A DNA stretch of 16,885 bases from assembly GCA_963844035.1 (NCBI GenBank), contig CAWJMT010000017.1, positions 1-16,885 of the forward strand, given 5' to 3'. Numbering within the stretch: position 1 is the first letter of the stretch; the number at the start of each line of letters is the position of its first letter. The position numbers and the translations under genes were made by a program. This document shows, piece after piece, positions 7,247 through 15,593 of the stretch. The stretch comes from an uncultured Gemmatimonadales bacterium (GTDB taxonomy: Bacteria > Gemmatimonadota > Gemmatimonadetes > Gemmatimonadales > GWC2-71-9). The notes below the pieces were generated by a model, which was not told where the DNA came from, did not search any database, and saw nothing but the letters and a program-made list of their open reading frames with translations.

Positions 7247-7346
7247 CATCCAGAGGCTCAAGACATGCACTAAAACCGCCCTTCTGAGGCATACTTAGCC
7301 CCCACCTGTCCCCCGGGGGGAACATGTGTCTATGTAGTGGTCAACC

Positions 7347-7815
7347 ATGAGCCAACTCCTCGACGCCGTCAGCGGCGTCCTGAACGCATATGAGCCCGTC
7401 CCCGGGTTGATCACCGGCGGGCAGCCGCTGCCCGAGCACCTCGCCGCGCTGAAGGTTGCCGGTTGCGACGTGGTGGTCGACGTGCGCGATCCGATGGAGG
7501 ACCAACCGATCGACGCGCCGGCGGCGGTGCGTGCGGCGGGGTTGGACTACCTCAACATCCCCGTCAGCCACACCCCGCTCGACGATACGCGCCCTCGACG
7601 CCATGCAGCAGGCCCTGCACCAGAAGATTGGCACCCGCCGCGCTTTCATCTATTGCAACTCAGGTAACCGCGTAGGGGCAGCGTTGATTCCCTACTTGAT
7701 GCTCGATCGGAAGTTAGATGAAGAAAGCGCCGTGGAGGCCGCGATGCGGATGGGGACCCGGCATGCCGAGCTGCTCGAGTGGGCGCTCGCCTACGTGCGG
7801 CGGCACCAGCGCTAG
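7347..7815 (+). CDS. DUF442/TIGR01244-like phosphatase-fold protein or sulfurtransferase (apparent +1 frameshift at ~7590)
   Basis: The N-half (LITGGQP...LKVAGCDVVVDVR...AAGLDYLNIPV) is in one frame. The C-half with the Cx5R-type motif IYCNSGNRVGA is in the +1 frame. Removing one base at gac gat acg C gcc joins them. Confidence 0.82.
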
Positions 7816-8174
7816 GGATTTCTGTGCCAGTACATCCGCAGTTCTGTGATCTTGCCGTCCTTGGTCTCGCAGAAGATCGCGCCCCGGGCATCCACCGGCT
7901 CGCCGGTGCGGCGACGGCGGTAGGTGCAGCGGAACTCGGTAGCGAACCACGGGCCCGCTACGTAGATCTCACCTGATCGAAACGACACTTCGGCCTGATT
8001 GGTGGGGACGTCTTTCCAGTAATCCCGGATGGCAGCGATGCCGACCGATCTCTCACCGAAGGGCGTTTCGAGGAAGACGGCTTCGGGCGTGAAGAGGGAG
8101 GTGATTGCCTCCACGTCACCGCGCTCCCAGGCCGTACCGAATGCGTCGAGGAGCTCGCGGTAGCCGGTGCTCAT
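7812..8174 (-). CDS. SnoaL-like / NTF2 family protein
   Basis: AWERGDVEAITSLFTPEAVF...GIAAIRDYW...DGKITELRMYW. Confidence 0.88.
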   Translation of the reverse strand: MSTGYRELLDAFGTAWERGDVEAITSLFTPEAVFLETPFGERSVGIAAIRDYWKDVPTNQAEVSFRSGEIYVAGPWFATEFRCTYRRRRTGEPVDARGAIFCETKDGKITELRMYWHRNP

Positions 8175-8201
8175 GGCGCTCAATATACCAAGGAGGGATC
8201 G

Positions 8202-8579
8202 ATGCTGAATCGCACTTTCGCCCTGTTCGCTGTGCTAGCGTGCGCGGCCCTGCCGGTGGCTGCCCAGACGCCTGCCGGCGGGAAGGAGGGCACGGAGACC
8301 GAGATCACCGGTCAGGTGATCGACGTGAACTGCTTCACCATGGGCGTGTCTGGTTCCGGTCACAAGCAATGCGCCCAGGCCTGCGCCAAGGCGGGTGTGA
8401 CGCTCGCAATCCTCGGGAGCGACGGCAATGTCTACATCCCTGTCAGCTCCAAGGCTGGCGATGCTCAGAACTCGCGGCTGATCGCCTTCGCGGAGGGCAG
8501 CGTGAAGGTGAAGGGGATCCACCGGTTCGCAAACGGTCTCCACACTATCGAGATCAAGTCGGTCGCGGCCGCCAGTTGA
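8202..8579 (+). CDS. Exported small protein with D-x2-C...H-x2-C-x3-C motif (DUF5818-like, tentative)
   Basis: AAGGAGG SD at 8190-8196 and a signal peptide MLNRTFALFAVLACAALPVAA. EITGQVIDVNC...HKQCAQACAKAG...VKVKG suggests an OB-like beta fold. Confidence 0.75.
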   Translation: MLNRTFALFAVLACAALPVAAQTPAGGKEGTETEITGQVIDVNCFTMGVSGSGHKQCAQACAKAGVTLAILGSDGNVYIPVSSKAGDAQNSRLIAFAEGSVKVKGIHRFANGLHTIEIKSVAAAS

Positions 8580-8580
8580 C

Positions 8581-9927
8581 GTGCGTCGCGCGCTGAGCGC
8601 CGCGCTGGCGGCGGCCCTTGTCTGCTGCCGCCCCGCCCCCGCGGCGCCCAGCCACACTCTGCTGTTCCTCGACAAATCGCCCGCCGCCACGGTGGGCGGG
8701 TTCTCGTGGGCTCCCGATCCCGACTCGAGTCGCATCATCGCGTTTGACGGAGCGCTTCGGGTCGCAAGGACATTCACACACACCCGGCTCGCAACGCCGG
8801 TTGCCGTCGCGCGACTCGGTTCTGACTTGCTCGTGAGCGAGCGGACCGGCCAGGGGATCGTGTTCACTACCGACGGCACTCCCTTGCGCGAATGGGAGAG
8901 CCCCGACCCGGCGGATATCTACGCCGCCGCAGGGAAGCTGGTGGTCAGCGCGCGCTCCCCGTACTTCGTGCAGCTCGTTGGCGAAGCCGACACGGCGCCG
9001 CTGCTCCGCATCCTCGACAAGTCTGGCCGGCCCATCGGCCGAATCGGCACCATGCATAAGCCCGCCGCCCCGTTTCTCACGCAGTTGACGAATGCGGGCG
9101 GTGTCGCGACCGATGCGGCGGGGGCGGTGTATTTCGCGCCGGTCGCGCGCGACGAGATCGTGAAGTTCGACCGGACAGGTGCTACAGCATGGACCGCGTC
9201 GCGCGGCCGGTTTGTTCGCGAGACCGATCCGGTAATAGTGGCCCGGGGACGCGAAGTGGACGCGCGCTATGCGGTCGTGAACCTCGCCCTGGTTCTCGGA
9301 CCGGACGGCCGTCTCTATGCACTCGGTGGCGATGACTCGGCCGCGACGCGGCTGCGGGTGGACGTGCTCGACACGGCGTCGGGAAAGATTCTCGCGACTC
9401 GCCATTTAGGGCCGCGGGAGACCGCGGTGGCCCTGGACTCGAGCGGCCAGATCGAGACGCATGACGCGGACAGTCTCCTCGCGCTGCTGCCCAGCGCGGG
9501 GCGCGAGCGGCTCGAGCCGCCGTTCGCCCTGCGGCGCGTACAGGGCGACACCGTGCGGCTGGCGGATTTCGCCGGCAAAGTGCTGCTCGTCAATTTCTGG
9601 GCTTCGTGGTGCCATCCCTGCCGCGAGGAGTTCCCGCGCATGGCGACGCTGTACGAGGAGTTCTCCCGCGCCGACTTCGAGATCGCGGCGATCTCCGACG
9701 ACCGCGATTTAGGAAGCATGCTCTCGTTCGTCACCGCGTTGCGGCCGCCGTTTCCGATTCTGGTGGGCGGCGGGCGGATGCGGGCGGTCTACCACTACCG
9801 GGGCCTGCCCTACTCGGTGTTGCTCGACCGGCAGGGGCGCATTGTGAAGCGGATTTTCGGGTTCGGCAGTGAGGAGGAATTCCGCGCCTTGCACGCCACT
9901 ATTGCAAACGAGGTCCGCGCACCCTAG
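8581..9927 (+). CDS. Exported beta-propeller (NHL-like) protein fused to a C-terminal TlpA/ResA-type thioredoxin domain
   Basis: Signal or lipoprotein-like N-terminus (AALVCC). NHL-like segments GGVATDAAGAVY and LVLGPDGRLY. C-terminal LADFAGKVLLVNFWASWCHPCREEFP...GLPYSVLLDRQGRIV. Confidence 0.85.
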   Translation: MRRALSAALAAALVCCRPAPAAPSHTLLFLDKSPAATVGGFSWAPDPDSSRIIAFDGALRVARTFTHTRLATPVAVARLGSDLLVSERTGQGIVFTTDGTPLREWESPDPADIYAAAGKLVVSARSPYFVQLVGEADTAPLLRILDKSGRPIGRIGTMHKPAAPFLTQLTNAGGVATDAAGAVYFAPVARDEIVKFDRTGATAWTASRGRFVRETDPVIVARGREVDARYAVVNLALVLGPDGRLYALGGDDSAATRLRVDVLDTASGKILATRHLGPRETAVALDSSGQIETHDADSLLALLPSAGRERLEPPFALRRVQGDTVRLADFAGKVLLVNFWASWCHPCREEFPRMATLYEEFSRADFEIAAISDDRDLGSMLSFVTALRPPFPILVGGGRMRAVYHYRGLPYSVLLDRQGRIVKRIFGFGSEEEFRALHATIANEVRAP

Positions 9928-9937
9928 CCTAGTATCC

Positions 9938-10936
9938 GTGCACGAACCCTCGCGTCCCGCGTCCCTCTTCCCGATTCCCGTCGTCATCGACACCGATCCC
10001 GGCATCGACGACATGCTGGCGATCTTCTTGAGCCTCTACTCTCCCGAGCTGGATGTGCGGGGGATCTCGGTCTCGTACGGCAACACGGTGGTCGAGAACG
10101 CCCACCGCAACGCGGTGGAAATCCTGCGGCGGGCGGCGAAGCGCGCCCGGATGGCGGTGGGGGCGCGGCGGCCGCTGGTCCGGCCCCTCGTGGTGGCACA
10201 CGAGACGCATGGTGAGTCCGGACTGGGGTACGCGACCGTGCCGCCCGCCGGCGTGATCCTCGATTTCGTGCGGCCGCTCGAGCGATTGCTCGCGGAGCAG
10301 CCGGAGCCGGTGACGCTCGTGACGCTGGGGCCTCTCACCAGTCTGGCGCTCGCGCTGCGACGCGACCCGGAGCTGGTGCGCTCCAAGGTGGCCCGGCACA
10401 TCGCGATGGTCGGCGCGATCGACGTGAAGGGCAACACGACGCCGCACTCCGAGTTCAACGCCTGGTGCGATCCCGAGGCGCTGCAGACGGTGCTTCAGGC
10501 CGAGCTCCCAAGCGAGCTGGTGGGCCTGGACGTGACGCGCCACATGGTCCTCGACTCAGGCGATGTCGAGCGCCTCGGACGATCCGGGGCGCCGCTCGCG
10601 TGCTGGATGTACGAAGCGCTCCGTTTTTACGTCGAATTCCACCGGCAGCACGAGAAGCTCGATGGGTGCGTCTTGAACGACGTGGTGCCGATCGCGGCGT
10701 TGCTCCGGCCCGAGACCGTGACGTTCAAGCCGGCACGGATCGCCGTGGGTCTGGAGGATGACGCGCGGCGCGGCCAGACGCGGGTCACGCCAGACGGTGC
10801 CAACGTGTCGGTCGCAACCGCGGTGAATATCCCCGCGATCCGCGCGTTGCTTTCCGAGCGGGTGTTCCGACGCGCCACGCGGCCCGAAGTGCCGGAGCCG
10901 GAGCCGCGCGCGGCGAGGGTGGAGGCGCACGCATGA
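9938..10936 (+). CDS. Inosine/uridine-preferring nucleoside hydrolase family protein (start GTG 9938 inferred)
   Basis: VVIDTDPGIDD, SYGN, HGESGLG, LGPLTSLA, GNTTPHSEFNAWCDPEA and VGLDVT. Confidence 0.92.
   Translation: MHEPSRPASLFPIPVVIDTDPGIDDMLAIFLSLYSPELDVRGISVSYGNTVVENAHRNAVEILRRAAKRARMAVGARRPLVRPLVVAHETHGESGLGYATVPPAGVILDFVRPLERLLAEQPEPVTLVTLGPLTSLALALRRDPELVRSKVARHIAMVGAIDVKGNTTPHSEFNAWCDPEALQTVLQAELPSELVGLDVTRHMVLDSGDVERLGRSGAPLACWMYEALRFYVEFHRQHEKLDGCVLNDVVPIAALLRPETVTFKPARIAVGLEDDARRGQTRVTPDGANVSVATAVNIPAIRALLSERVFRRATRPEVPEPEPRAARVEAHA
9952..9979 (+). repeat. Four degenerate 7-bp units ending TCCC at the 5' end of the nucleoside hydrolase
   Basis: GCGTCCC GCGTCCC TCTTCCC GATTCCC. 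The first unit is the reverse complement of GGGACGC at 3774-3801. Confidence 0.7.
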
Positions 10937-11877
10937 ACACGATGCCGGGGAAGGTCACCATCGTGGGGGCGGGCGAGATCGGCTGCGGCTGGGCCGCGCT
11001 GATGGCATCGGCCGGCTGGCCCGTGACGTTGTTCGACATCAACGCGCGCACGCTCGAGATCGCGTCGACCGAAGTGCCGCGCCGCGCACGGGCGCTGATC
11101 GCGCTCGAGCGAGCTACGCCAGGAATCGTGGAACGAGGGCTCCAGGAGCTGACCCAGGGCCGAAGCCTGCTGCTCGCAGTGCAGGGCGCGGACTGGGTCA
11201 TTGAAGCGATCCCCGAAGACTTGATGGCCAAGCAGAAGCTGTTCGACGCAGTGGACCAGATCGCGGGACCCAACGTACTGCTCTCGAGCTCATCGAGCGG
11301 GATGCTCCCCAAGGACATCTTCGCCCGCTGCCGCCACCAGGACCGCTGCCTCGTGACCCATCCCCTCAACCCGCCGGAGTTCATTCCGTTGGTCGAGATA
11401 GTCCCGTCGGAACGCACTCGCCCCGAGTGGGTCACCCACGCGCATAACTATCTCTTGGCGCTCGGTCGAGTGCCGATCGTTATCCGCAAGGCGGTCCCGG
11501 GCTACGTGGTGGGCCGGATCGCGGCCGCCGTGTGGCGGGAGTGCGTGGATCTGGTGCTGGCGGGCGTGATCGATGTGGAGGAGCTCGACCGGGCGGTGGC
11601 GCTCGGGCCGGCGCTCGGGTGGGCGGCGGCGGGACCGCATCTCACCTATCACCTCGCGGCGGGCGAGGGCGGCGTGACGGTGTTTCTACAGCGCCTGCTG
11701 GCGAGTTTCGAGCAACGCTGGAGCGAGCTGGCAACCTGGCACACCCTCGAGCCGGAACGGCTGCGAGCGCTCACCCATGCGATCGAGCGCGCCTACAAAG
11801 GAAGGTTGGGAACGCTGGAAGAAGCGCGGGACCGGCGTCTCAGCTCCATGTTGCGCGCGCTCGAGCAGGAGCGTTAG
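10933..11877 (+). CDS. 3-hydroxyacyl-CoA dehydrogenase family NAD-binding protein (lambda-crystallin / carnitine dehydrogenase-like)
   Basis: IVGAGEIGCGWA Rossmann motif, VIEAIPEDL, SSSSSG, HPLNPPEFIPLVEIV and VPGYVVGRI; ATGA overlap with the upstream gene. Confidence 0.9.
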   Translation: MNTMPGKVTIVGAGEIGCGWAALMASAGWPVTLFDINARTLEIASTEVPRRARALIALERATPGIVERGLQELTQGRSLLLAVQGADWVIEAIPEDLMAKQKLFDAVDQIAGPNVLLSSSSSGMLPKDIFARCRHQDRCLVTHPLNPPEFIPLVEIVPSERTRPEWVTHAHNYLLALGRVPIVIRKAVPGYVVGRIAAAVWRECVDLVLAGVIDVEELDRAVALGPALGWAAAGPHLTYHLAAGEGGVTVFLQRLLASFEQRWSELATWHTLEPERLRALTHAIERAYKGRLGTLEEARDRRLSSMLRALEQER

Positions 11878-12306
11878 CTACCTCGGTTGGCCGCGCACCA
11901 TCAGCACGGGGATAAGAGTTTTGTGCCGCAGCTCGCTCGCCACGCTTCCCCGCACCACGTCGTTCAAGCCCCGATGTCCGTGCGTTGCCATGGCGATCAG
12001 ATCGCACTTTTCCCTTAGCGCCGTCTCGCTGATCTCCGTCGCCGGGTCGCCCGCAGCGAGCACCGCGTCCACGTCGTAGCCCTCTCCCCGCAACGCCGCG
12101 GAAATCCGCTCCAGGTACGCGCGGTCCTCGCGCATCTCTTCCGACTCGCGCAGCGCGAGCTCCTTGATGTTGCGGGCTACCCAACCGTCGGCCACGTGGA
12201 TCAGCACAATGGCCGCGTCGCAGTGTCGCGCCAGCTTGCGCACATGGGCAAGAATCGTCTCGTCGTAGGGAGAATTCTCGAGCGGGACCAGGATGCGGGT
12301 GTACAT
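11878..12306 (-). CDS. Universal stress protein (UspA family)
   Basis: [12 protein letters not shown]...LIHV...GDPATEI...DLIAMATHGHRGLNDVVRGSVA...PVLMVR. The ATG overlaps the mntH stop (TGATG). Confidence 0.93.
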   Translation of the reverse strand: MYTRILVPLENSPYDETILAHVRKLARHCDAAIVLIHVADGWVARNIKELALRESEEMREDRAYLERISAALRGEGYDVDAVLAAGDPATEISETALREKCDLIAMATHGHRGLNDVVRGSVASELRHKTLIPVLMVRGQPR

Positions 12307-13667
12307 CAGGAGAGCCAGCCGCGGACGGTCAGAAACAGCAGCCAGCCGTTGAGCGTTGCGATCACTCCGGCGACGGTGTACGCCAGGATCTTCACCCACC
12401 CTGAGTTCGTGAACTCGCCCATCTTGGCTCGCTCCGACGTGAATTGCACGAGCGGGAACACCGCGAACGAGAGCTGCAGGCTCAGGATGACCTGGCTCAG
12501 GATCAGGAGCCGCGCAGTACCGCTCGCGCCGAAAAAGATGGCCGTCAGCGCCGCGGGCACAATGGCCACACCGCGCGTAATGAGACGTCGCAGCCAGGGA
12601 CGGATCCGGATGTTGAGGAACCCTTCCATCACGATCTGACCCGCGAGCGTCCCCGTCAACGTCGAGTTCTGCCCTGATGCGAGCAACGCCAGCGCGAACA
12701 CCGCGCTCGCGCCCGCCACGCCGAGCAGCGGCGTGAGCAGCTGGTAGGCGTCCTGAATCTCGGCCACCCCGGTGTGGCCGGTGCGGTGGAACGTCGCGGC
12801 GGCGACGATGAGAATCGCCGCGTTGATGAACAGCGCAAAGCTCAGCGCGATAGTCGAGTCCAGGAAGGCGTACTTCACCGCTTCCCGCTTTCCCGGCGCT
12901 GTTTCTTCGTAGCGCCGGGTCTGCACGATGGACGAATGGAGGTAGAGGTTGTGCGGCATCACCGTGGCGCCGAGGATGCCGATCGCGATATAGAGCTTGT
13001 CCCGATCCGCGAGGATGGAGGTGGTGGGGATGAAACCGACGAACAGCGGGCCCCAGGCGGGACGCGAGATCACAATCTCAAATAGGAAGCAGCCCGCGAT
13101 CGTGGCGATCAACGCGATCACCAGCGCCTCGAGCAGGCGGAACCCCTTGTTCTGGAGATAGAGCACCAGCAGCACGTCGAGCGCCGTGATCGCGATGCCC
13201 CAGGGAAGGGGGATCCCGAACAACAGGTTGAGCGCAATCGCCGAGCCGATAACCTCCGCCAGATCGCACGCCGCGATCGCAATTTCGCAGAGGATCCAGA
13301 GGCCGAACGATACGGGACGCGAATAGTGGTCGCGGCACGCCTGCGCCAAGTCGCGCCCGGTCACGATGCCCAGCTTGGCCGAGAGCCCCTGGAGCAAGAT
13401 CGCCATCAGGTTGGAGATCAGGATCACGCTCAGCAGGGTGTAGCCGAACTGCGCGCCACCCGCGAGGTCCGTGGCCCAGTTGCCGGGGTCCATGTAGCCG
13501 ACCGCGACCAGATACCCAGGGCCGGCGAACGCGAGTGCCTTGCGCCACCAGCTGCCCCGGGCGACCGGGACAGTGCGATAGACCTCGGCCAGGCTGGGAG
13601 TGAGCCGCGGTTGGCGCCATCCCGGGTCGGCGACCGCGCCGGGCAGGGCCACTGGGTCGCGGCTCAT
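12306..13667 (-). CDS. mntH: Nramp family divalent metal (Mn2+) transporter MntH
   Basis: [43 protein letters not shown] and [12 protein letters not shown] 13667 overlaps the mntR stop (ATGA). Confidence 0.96.
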   Translation of the reverse strand: MSRDPVALPGAVADPGWRQPRLTPSLAEVYRTVPVARGSWWRKALAFAGPGYLVAVGYMDPGNWATDLAGGAQFGYTLLSVILISNLMAILLQGLSAKLGIVTGRDLAQACRDHYSRPVSFGLWILCEIAIAACDLAEVIGSAIALNLLFGIPLPWGIAITALDVLLVLYLQNKGFRLLEALVIALIATIAGCFLFEIVISRPAWGPLFVGFIPTTSILADRDKLYIAIGILGATVMPHNLYLHSSIVQTRRYEETAPGKREAVKYAFLDSTIALSFALFINAAILIVAAATFHRTGHTGVAEIQDAYQLLTPLLGVAGASAVFALALLASGQNSTLTGTLAGQIVMEGFLNIRIRPWLRRLITRGVAIVPAALTAIFFGASGTARLLILSQVILSLQLSFAVFPLVQFTSERAKMGEFTNSGWVKILAYTVAGVIATLNGWLLFLTVRGWLS

Positions 13668-14347
13668 GGTGTCGCCTCGCGGCACCACAAGAGCTCCGCC
13701 AGCTCGCGGCCGATCACCCGCTGGCCAAGGGTCAGGCGCACGGTCGTGGGCCCGTTGAACGGTTGGCGGTCCGTGACTGTGAGGCTTGCTCCGGGCACCA
13801 ACCCCTGCTCCGCGAGGTAACGCAGCCGCGCCGGGTCTTCCGTGCCGACCTGGCGCAGCTCCAGGGGCCGGCCCACCAGCGCGTCGGCGACCGAGACCAG
13901 GTCCGCCTCTTCGATCTCGCCTTCGGCGGTCGGGATGGGGGCACCGTGCGGGTCATAGCGCGGATCGCCCAGCGCCTGAGACATGCGTTCGATTAACTCG
14001 TCTGAGACGGCGTGCTCGAGCCGTTCCGCCTCGTCGTGCACCCCGTCCCAGTCGTAGCGGAGCTGCTGGACCAGGTAGACCTCGAGGATGCGATGACGCC
14101 GAATCATCCTCAGCGCCGCCCGCCGCCCCTGCGCCGTTAGCTGCACGCCACGGTAGGGGACGTACTCGATCAACCCCGTCTCGGAGAGGCGTTTGACCAT
14201 GCCGCTAACAGACGGGGCCGAGACTTCGAGGTGGGCCGCAATCTCACTCGTGGCCGCGAAGCCGCCCTGGCTCGACAGGTGGTAGATCACCTTGAGGTAG
14301 TCCTCGACTGAGCGGGTGAGCGGCGACTCCGGCAAACTTGCCTGCAT
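13664..14347 (-). CDS. mntR: DtxR/MntR family metal-dependent repressor with C-terminal FeoA domain
   Basis: [10 protein letters not shown], w[41 protein letters not shown] and FeoA-like [13 protein letters not shown]. Confidence 0.93.
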   Translation of the reverse strand: MQASLPESPLTRSVEDYLKVIYHLSSQGGFAATSEIAAHLEVSAPSVSGMVKRLSETGLIEYVPYRGVQLTAQGRRAALRMIRRHRILEVYLVQQLRYDWDGVHDEAERLEHAVSDELIERMSQALGDPRYDPHGAPIPTAEGEIEEADLVSVADALVGRPLELRQVGTEDPARLRYLAEQGLVPGASLTVTDRQPFNGPTTVRLTLGQRVIGRELAELLWCREATP

Positions 14348-14445
14348 GTCGTTTCTCCCTGCCGGAAAGGCGCGCAGCGATTATCGGCTGCTGACGACGT
14401 AACAGTTAGCCAGGTAATAACTTCGCTATGTTTAACCGGCGGGAG

Positions 14446-14459
14446 TTAGCTTAAACTAA
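14446..14459. promoter_or_regulatory. Putative DtxR/MntR operator palindrome
   Basis: TTAG-CTTAAA-CTAA (minus-strand context AAATTAGTTTAAGCTAAC), similar to the TTAG-N6-CTAA boxes of DtxR-family repressors. It overlaps the -10 hexamer. Confidence 0.75.
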
Positions 14460-14476
14460 TTTAGGAATACTGTCAA
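14448..14476 (-). promoter_or_regulatory. Sigma70-type promoter of mntR-mntH-usp
   Basis: Minus strand TTGACA (14476-14471), 17-bp spacer, TAAGCT (14453-14448), in an AT-rich gap. Confidence 0.8.
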
Positions 14477-14489
14477 GCTAACCATCTGA

Positions 14490-15065
14490 TTAGATAGGCC
14501 ATATCTCACTCAAAAATCGCCATATTATCCGCTCCGTCATGCCCCAAATGATGTCCTGACCGAAGATATACGCGTCAAAGCTGCGCTCACCCCCGGCCAC
14601 GTGGAGCGTGACCTTGCGGCGGGCGCCGGGCTCGAGCAGCCGGCCCAGGGGCACCCAAAAGGCCGATTGTACCTCCTCACTCAGGCTTAGGGCTGGACGA
14701 TCCCAGAGGGCGAACATGAAGGGGCGTACCACGATAGGGGGCAGCAGCTGGGTACGGGGGCTGAGGTCGTCGAGGGCACCGAGGCGCTCCGCTAGCCCCA
14801 GATCGACCGCCAGCTCCTCGCGGGTCTCCCGAATCGCCGTGTGCTCGAGACCAGCATCCGCCGGAGCCCGCCGCCCACCGGGCAGGGCGACTTGCCCGGA
14901 CCATGGGTCCCCGGCGCGCACAGCACGGCGAATGAACAGGGTCTCGAGACCGGCGGGGCCGGGCACCAGGATCAATGCGACCGCGGCGAAGTTTTCGGCC
15001 TCCCCGGGCTCGGACAGGGTCCGATGGACCCTGCTCAGGCGGCGGACGGCGTCCAAGGTGATCAC
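14490..15065 (-). CDS. Nudix hydrolase, CoA pyrophosphatase (NudL/PCD1-like)
   Basis: AAVALIL...LFIRRAVRAGDPWSGQVALPGG...TAIRETREE Nudix box, and C-terminal IWGMT. Confidence 0.92.
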   Translation of the reverse strand: MITLDAVRRLSRVHRTLSEPGEAENFAAVALILVPGPAGLETLFIRRAVRAGDPWSGQVALPGGRRAPADAGLEHTAIRETREELAVDLGLAERLGALDDLSPRTQLLPPIVVRPFMFALWDRPALSLSEEVQSAFWVPLGRLLEPGARRKVTLHVAGGERSFDAYIFGQDIIWGMTERIIWRFLSEIWPI

Positions 15066-15526
15066 CGGAGGTGGCGTGCCAGCCAGTCGATGGAGGGTCG
15101 CACGACCTCCTCGAGCCCAGGGGTCGACACCGTGAGCTCCAGCCAGCGCTCCCGCAGCGCAGCGTCGCCACCTTGGACGGGCGCCGCTGTCACCGTGACA
15201 AGCGCCCGCACCCGCTCGTCCCCCAAGGTGCGCATCAAGGCGATCGCCGCTCCGGTGCCGTGACCGATTAACCCATACCTCTCCGCGGCAACGCCGACGG
15301 TCCCGCGCTGCAACGCGTCGAGCACCAGGGCGAGGTCGCCCGAATGCGCCAGTTCGAACGACACGACGGCGAATCCGGCGCGCGCGAGGGCGTAGGCGAG
15401 CTCGGGAAGGAGTCCCCCGCAGATGACCACCGCAGGGCGTACGCCACCGGCTGTTCGCACGTCGACGTGCAGGGGGCGGCCGTTGGCCCCGAGGAGCCGG
15501 AACGAGTGTTTGGTAGGGGTCGCCAA
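15062..15526 (-). CDS. Abbreviated alpha/beta-hydrolase-fold protein lacking the catalytic Ser
   Basis: PAVVICGG, LARAGFAVVSF, GLIGHGTGAAIAL (GHSxG position) and VRALVTV; only 154 aa; GTGA overlap with the Nudix gene. Confidence 0.7.
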   Translation of the reverse strand: MATPTKHSFRLLGANGRPLHVDVRTAGGVRPAVVICGGLLPELAYALARAGFAVVSFELAHSGDLALVLDALQRGTVGVAAERYGLIGHGTGAAIALMRTLGDERVRALVTVTAAPVQGGDAALRERWLELTVSTPGLEEVVRPSIDWLARHLR

Positions 15527-15593
15527 GTGACTAGCCGTTGCGGCGCACTGGGGTGCCGCTGATCATTGGTCCGGGAAGTATAGTGCGCACACT

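Noticed and set aside
394..7590. Programmed ribosomal frameshifting at the split genes
   Set aside because: No X-XXY-YYZ slippery heptamer at the shift points, and these families are not known for recoding.
9598..9621. Selenocysteine in the thioredoxin active site
   Set aside because: Both Cys of WCHPC are TGC codons; there is no in-frame TGA.
14348..14445. yybP-ykoY manganese riboswitch in the mntR leader
   Set aside because: No GGGGAGTA or GAGACC core elements on the minus strand; a protein operator explains regulation.
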